Of a DNA stretch of 64,000 nucleotides, positions 60,009 through 64,000 are shown one piece after another. Below the pieces are notes generated by a model that was not told the DNA's origin, ran no database searches, and worked only from the letters and a program-made list of their open reading frames with translations. The position numbers and the translations under genes are program-made. Source of the DNA: an uncultured Acidimicrobiales bacterium (GTDB lineage: Bacteria > Actinomycetota > Acidimicrobiia > Acidimicrobiales > SZUA-35). Position 1 is the first letter of the stretch. Each line of letters begins with the position of its first letter. The stretch is from contig CAVOQQ010000002.1 of assembly GCA_963698395.1 (NCBI GenBank), positions 191,624-255,623 on the forward strand. Direction: 5' to 3'.

Positions 60009-61058
60009 TCAGAAGCCGTAGGTGGCGGCAAGTTCGGGATCTCGCTCGGAGAGTCGCTTTGCCAGTTCGACGATGACATGGCACTGCTTCACCGATGCGT
60101 CGTCCTCCATCTTGCCGTCGAGCATGATCGCTCCGGTCCCGTCGCCCATGGCATCGATCACCCGCTGGGCGTGGGCAACATCGGCCGGGTCGGGCGAGAA
60201 CACCTTCTTGGCCACATCGATCTGGACGGGATGCAGGCTCCAGGCGCCGACACAGCCCAAGAGGTAGGCGTTGCGGAACTGGTCTTCGCAGGCGACGGTG
60301 TCCTTGATGTCGCCGAATGGGCCGTAGAAGGGCAGGATCCCGTGCATGACGCAGGCATCGACCATGCGGGCGATCGTGTAGTGCCACAGGTCTTGCTGAT
60401 GGGTGGCGCGCGCTTCGTGGATGTCGTCGCCGGTGGGGTCGTTGCGAACGAGGTAACCGGGGTGGCCGCCGCCGACGCGAGTGGTCTTCATGCGGCGGTT
60501 GGCGGCGAGGTCGGCCGGGCCGAGCGAGAGACCCTGCATGCGCGGGGAGGCACCACAGATGGCCTCGACGTTGGCGACCCCGCGGGCGGTTTCGAGGATG
60601 GCGTGCACGAGGATCGGTTTGGTCAGGTTGGCCTTGGCTTCGAGCTGGGCGAGCAACCGATCGACATAGTGGATGTCTTCGGGGCCCTCCACCTTCGGGA
60701 TCATGATGACGTCGAGCTTGTCGCCGATCTCGGTGACGAGGGTGGTGAGATCATCGAGGGCCCACGGAGAGTCGAGCGAGTTGACCCTGGTCCACAGTTG
60801 GGTGTCGCCCATGTCGACGGTCTTGCCCACCTTGACCAGGCCGGCTCGGGCGGCTTCTTTGTCGGTGGCGGGCACGCCGTCTTCGAGGTTGCCGAGCAAG
60901 ATGTCGACCGTTGGTGCGATGTCGGGGACCTTCGACACCATCTTCTCGTTCGACGGCGGGAAGAAGTGGATCATCCGTGACGGGGCGAATGGGATCTCGC
61001 GAACCGGTGCAGGGGCACCGACGGCGAGTGGTTTGAAGAAGTCCTTGGAGCTGCGCAC
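60009..61058 (-). CDS. mcl: Chloroflexus-type malyl-CoA/beta-methylmalyl-CoA/citramalyl-CoA lyase
   Basis: [45 protein letters not shown] and [10 protein letters not shown] match my recollection of C. aurantiacus Mcl. Confidence 0.8.
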   Translation of the reverse strand: MRSSKDFFKPLAVGAPAPVREIPFAPSRMIHFFPPSNEKMVSKVPDIAPTVDILLGNLEDGVPATDKEAARAGLVKVGKTVDMGDTQLWTRVNSLDSPWALDDLTTLVTEIGDKLDVIMIPKVEGPEDIHYVDRLLAQLEAKANLTKPILVHAILETARGVANVEAICGASPRMQGLSLGPADLAANRRMKTTRVGGGHPGYLVRNDPTGDDIHEARATHQQDLWHYTIARMVDACVMHGILPFYGPFGDIKDTVACEDQFRNAYLLGCVGAWSLHPVQIDVAKKVFSPDPADVAHAQRVIDAMGDGTGAIMLDGKMEDDASVKQCHVIVELAKRLSERDPELAATYGF

Positions 61059-61137
61059 AGCGGAGCAGGGTAGAAGGTTCGCCGGTGTGAGTCGAGACGG
61101 CGCGCTGTGATCTGCGTCGGCGATTGCCCTGGGTTCG

Positions 61138-61629
61138 CTAGGCGGCCGGGGGGTCGAACCGCTTGGCGAACGTGAACGCCTCGGGGCTCGGACCATTCGC
61201 TGCCAACCGCTCCAGGCGCTCCCGACCCTCCAGCGCCGTCACGCGGGTCCCGGCTGGTACCCACCACATCACCTGCACCGGCAGGTCAGCGGGCTTGGTG
61301 AACCACTCGCGTCGTCGTTTCACGTAGGGCCCGTGCAGATCGCCGTAGACATAGGCTCGGAAGGCGTCGATCGACTCCCACGTCGAGATGTTGATCAGCA
61401 GGTCGTCGTCGTCGAAAACCCGCACATCCGTGAGGTTCCCGTTCTCTTCCTGGAGACGCCACACGAAGCCGGGGGAGGCGTCGGCAACCGCGTTGATCGC
61501 GTCGAGCGCCTCCATGAATTCGGCCATCACCGGGCTGTCGGTGGGTCCATTGGCCACGGCGATGTTGCACTGAGCGAGGTGCCACCCCGAGGCGTCGTCG
61601 GTTGCGCGGTTGGTCTGGCCGTTGGTCAC
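61138..61629 (-). CDS. DUF3291 domain protein
   Basis: [28 protein letters not shown] and GPSPEAFTF motifs. Confidence 0.88.
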   Translation of the reverse strand: MTNGQTNRATDDASGWHLAQCNIAVANGPTDSPVMAEFMEALDAINAVADASPGFVWRLQEENGNLTDVRVFDDDDLLINISTWESIDAFRAYVYGDLHGPYVKRRREWFTKPADLPVQVMWWVPAGTRVTALEGRERLERLAANGPSPEAFTFAKRFDPPAA

Positions 61630-61638
61630 CCGACCATT

Positions 61639-61730
61639 CTGCCCGAACGGTCCTGCCCGAACGGTCCTGCCCGAGCGCTCCTGCCCGAGCGATGGTGTCT
61701 GATCGCTCCTGCTCGAGCGATGGTGTCTGA
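61639..61730. repeat. Nested 14-bp and 28-bp tandem repeats with core CTGCCCGARCG
   Basis: Read directly; fills the intergenic region upstream of the DUF3291 gene. Confidence 0.8.
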
Positions 61731-61740
61731 GGAGGTGGCG

Positions 61741-62328
61741 CTAGGTCGACAGCTGGGAGAGCCGAGAAAGGACCTGGTCTTGCTGGCCGATCGCAACGGT
61801 GAACGACAGGATCGCCAGCATTGCCACCCCGGTGACCGACATGAGGGGCCGGAGTGGCAGCGTCAGCACATCGGGCATGAAATGCAGCACGACGCCAACG
61901 GCCAGAATCGGTGCGGTCACGCCGATGACGTACGCGGCGAAGAGGGCCATGCCCGTGCCACCGCGCGCCGGCAGTTCGTCGAGCAAGCGACCGAACTCGG
62001 CACCGACGCATGGTTCCCACAGAGCGGCCGCCGACAGACCGATCAACAGGCCGCCGAGAGCGGAGACCACGTCGAGTCGTCGAACGACCGGAAGGACGAG
62101 GACGATGGCACCGACGGCCAGCAGCCCGGCAATCGTGAGTCGCGGCAACGCTTCGGCCCGGTCCGAGAAGCGCAACCAGGAGAATCCCAGGAGGGACGTG
62201 GCGAAACCGACGAGGCCGGCGGTCGATTCGGTGCGCGACGCCAGGGCGACGGCAAGAGCGGGAACCGCCAGGGTGAGCGAGCAGGGCAGCAAGGCGGACG
62301 AGAAGCCCTCGAAGAGCAGACGAATCAT
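61741..62328 (-). CDS. CcdA-like cytochrome c biogenesis/disulfide transport membrane protein
   Basis: LLPCSL and WEPCVG paired Cys in a multi-TM protein. Confidence 0.75.
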   Translation of the reverse strand: MIRLLFEGFSSALLPCSLTLAVPALAVALASRTESTAGLVGFATSLLGFSWLRFSDRAEALPRLTIAGLLAVGAIVLVLPVVRRLDVVSALGGLLIGLSAAALWEPCVGAEFGRLLDELPARGGTGMALFAAYVIGVTAPILAVGVVLHFMPDVLTLPLRPLMSVTGVAMLAILSFTVAIGQQDQVLSRLSQLST

Positions 62329-62948
62329 GAGCCGGTCGTCGTCGGGTTCGAAAGCAGCCAGTCGACCGTGGCGGCGAGTTCGTCCTCGTCGCCTTCGCCG
62401 ATGTGGTCGAAGCGGATCTGGCCTGCTTGGTCGATCACGTACGTGCGGGGCCAGAAACGCCGATTGCCCTGCCAAGAACGAAAGTTGGACTTGTCGGTGT
62501 CGAGAGCGATCGGCCAGGTGACGCCGAGGTCGACTGCCGCCTGGGCGATGGCTGCCGGGTCTCGCTCGCTGTCGAACTCCGGCGAGTGGACACCGATGAT
62601 CTCGAGTCCACGCGGCCCGGCATCGGCGTAGAGCTCCTGGAGGTGCGGGATCGTTGCCCTGCAGTTGGAGCACGAGAACGTCCAGAACTGGACCACGCGT
62701 ACTTGCCCGTCGAAGTCGGCGAACCGGGTGGCGTCGGTCTGGAGCCAGCCGTCGAGATCGACGAGGTCGGGAGCCGGTCCGAGCACGGGTGGCGCCTCGG
62801 CGAGAAGCGGTTCCGTGGTGGTGGCATCGAGTGTCTGGGTCGTCGTTTCGGTGCCATCGGCTTCGTCGTCGGTCGAGAGCATCGGCCCGAAAACGGCAAG
62901 CGCAACGAGGGCGCCGAGCAACAGTGCGGCGATCGCTGTCTTGTTCAT
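62325..62948 (-). CDS. Membrane-anchored redoxin (DipZ-like thioredoxin domain)
   Basis: FWTFSCSNC, IGVHSPEF and FWPRTYVID motifs. Confidence 0.88.
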   Translation of the reverse strand: MNKTAIAALLLGALVALAVFGPMLSTDDEADGTETTTQTLDATTTEPLLAEAPPVLGPAPDLVDLDGWLQTDATRFADFDGQVRVVQFWTFSCSNCRATIPHLQELYADAGPRGLEIIGVHSPEFDSERDPAAIAQAAVDLGVTWPIALDTDKSNFRSWQGNRRFWPRTYVIDQAGQIRFDHIGEGDEDELAATVDWLLSNPTTTGS

Positions 62949-62978
62949 GATTGCGCCCCTTTCATCTTGCGAGTGTCC

Positions 62979-63461
62979 TCATGATGGGGTGTCCTCGGTG
63001 CCGCTCGTACGCCGCATCGGTAGATGGGGGATACCGTCTTCGACGAACTCGGGGCCGACCACGGCGTAGCCCAGCCGTTCGTAGAAGGCTCGAAGATGGC
63101 TCTGGCCATCGAGCACGGTGGTGATCGAACCGACGTGATCGTGGGCCCATTCCATCAGCCGACCGGCAAGCCCGAGGCCCCGTTGGTCGGGCCGGGTCAC
63201 CACGCGACCGATCCGACGGCCCTCGGGATCGGCGAGGATCCGCAGCGCGACCCGTGGACCGTCGGTGTCGGCGATCCAGAGGTGTTCGGTGTCGGGGAGA
63301 AGGTCGCGCCCGTCGAGCTCGGGATACGCGCATGCCTGCTCGACGACGAAGACGTCGACGCGCAGCTTGAGGAGGTCGTGGAGGTCACGTGCGGTCAACG
63401 CCGGTCCCGCGGCGAGGTGCACATGCTCGGTGGCAGCTGCGTGGTCGGGGGAGTCGTGCAC
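62979..63461 (-). CDS. ElaA-like GNAT acetyltransferase
   Basis: LRVDVFVVEQACAYPELDGRD, RGLGLA and EDGIPHLPM motifs. Confidence 0.9.
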   Translation of the reverse strand: MHDSPDHAAATEHVHLAAGPALTARDLHDLLKLRVDVFVVEQACAYPELDGRDLLPDTEHLWIADTDGPRVALRILADPEGRRIGRVVTRPDQRGLGLAGRLMEWAHDHVGSITTVLDGQSHLRAFYERLGYAVVGPEFVEDGIPHLPMRRTSGTEDTPS

Positions 63462-63555
63462 CGGCCCCAGTGTCGCCCGCTTCGGTGTCGCTGACACCGC
63501 GGCTGTCGATCGCCGTCCAGATGACACGCGCCGGTCGAACGAGTAGGAAGTGGTG

Positions 63556-64000
63556 ATGGCTGCTGTGACCGGTGACGAACCGACCTCGAGTGATCCCGAT
63601 GGTGTGCCGGGAGGTTACGCCAACCATGGCGATGTCACGCTGTGGTACCAGCACTTCGAGGGCGAGCCCGGAGCGACGCCGCTCCTCCTGATCAACGGCT
63701 TGGGGTCGCCCTCGGTGGCCTATCAAAAGGGCTTCGTCGATGCCTTGCTCGCCGTCGGCTTCGATGTCGTTCGTTTCGACAACCGAGACCTCGGTCGCTC
63801 GAGTCGGATCACGACGGGTTCGGCCACCGATCCCGGCTACCGACTGGCCGACATGGCGATCGACGCCGTTGCCGTGCTCGATGCCGTCGGCTGGGACCAG
63901 GCCGTCGTCTTCGGCCAATCGATGGGCGGCATGATCGCCCAGCAGTTGGTGATCGATCATCCGCACCGTGTGCGTGCGCTGATCTCGCTCATGTCCTCCA
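63556..64000 (+). CDS. Alpha/beta hydrolase, N-terminal part (runs off the window edge)
   Basis: Manual translation gives LLLINGLGS, RFDNRDLGRS and FGQSMGGMIAQ. Confidence 0.9.
   Translation, partial: MAAVTGDEPTSSDPDGVPGGYANHGDVTLWYQHFEGEPGATPLLLINGLGSPSVAYQKGFVDALLAVGFDVVRFDNRDLGRSSRITTGSATDPGYRLADMAIDAVAVLDAVGWDQAVVFGQSMGGMIAQQLVIDHPHRVRALISLMSS

Overview
This is a very GC-rich, gene-dense chromosomal segment, most likely from an actinobacterium. Mycothiol amidase mca, nucS, fused kgd, UvrD2 with HRDC and an F420-dependent LLM enzyme support that call; Acidimicrobiia is a guess from gene content only. About 60 genes cover lipid/acyl-CoA catabolism, central carbon metabolism (kgd, malic enzyme, a Chloroflexus-type malyl-CoA lyase plus a CitE-family partner), DNA repair (nucS, xth, mug-like, uvrD2), envelope functions and translation factors (typA, ettA). 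I saw no rRNA, tRNA, CRISPR array, transposase or prophage. The most notable items are: (1) a Regnase-type NYN RNase + S1 gene that runs in frame into a ~200-aa histone-H1-like Lys/Ala/Thr tail with its own RBS and start; (2) a 57-aa ORF missed by the ORF track, behind a PafBC/RecA-NDp-like leaderless promoter; (3) pervasive leaderless promoters; (4) many unrelated 14-20 bp tandem micro-duplications at gene ends; (5) a decayed sensor kinase beside an intact receiver; and (6) several single-base frameshifts that may be assembly errors. All product calls come from motif recognition by eye, without database searches.
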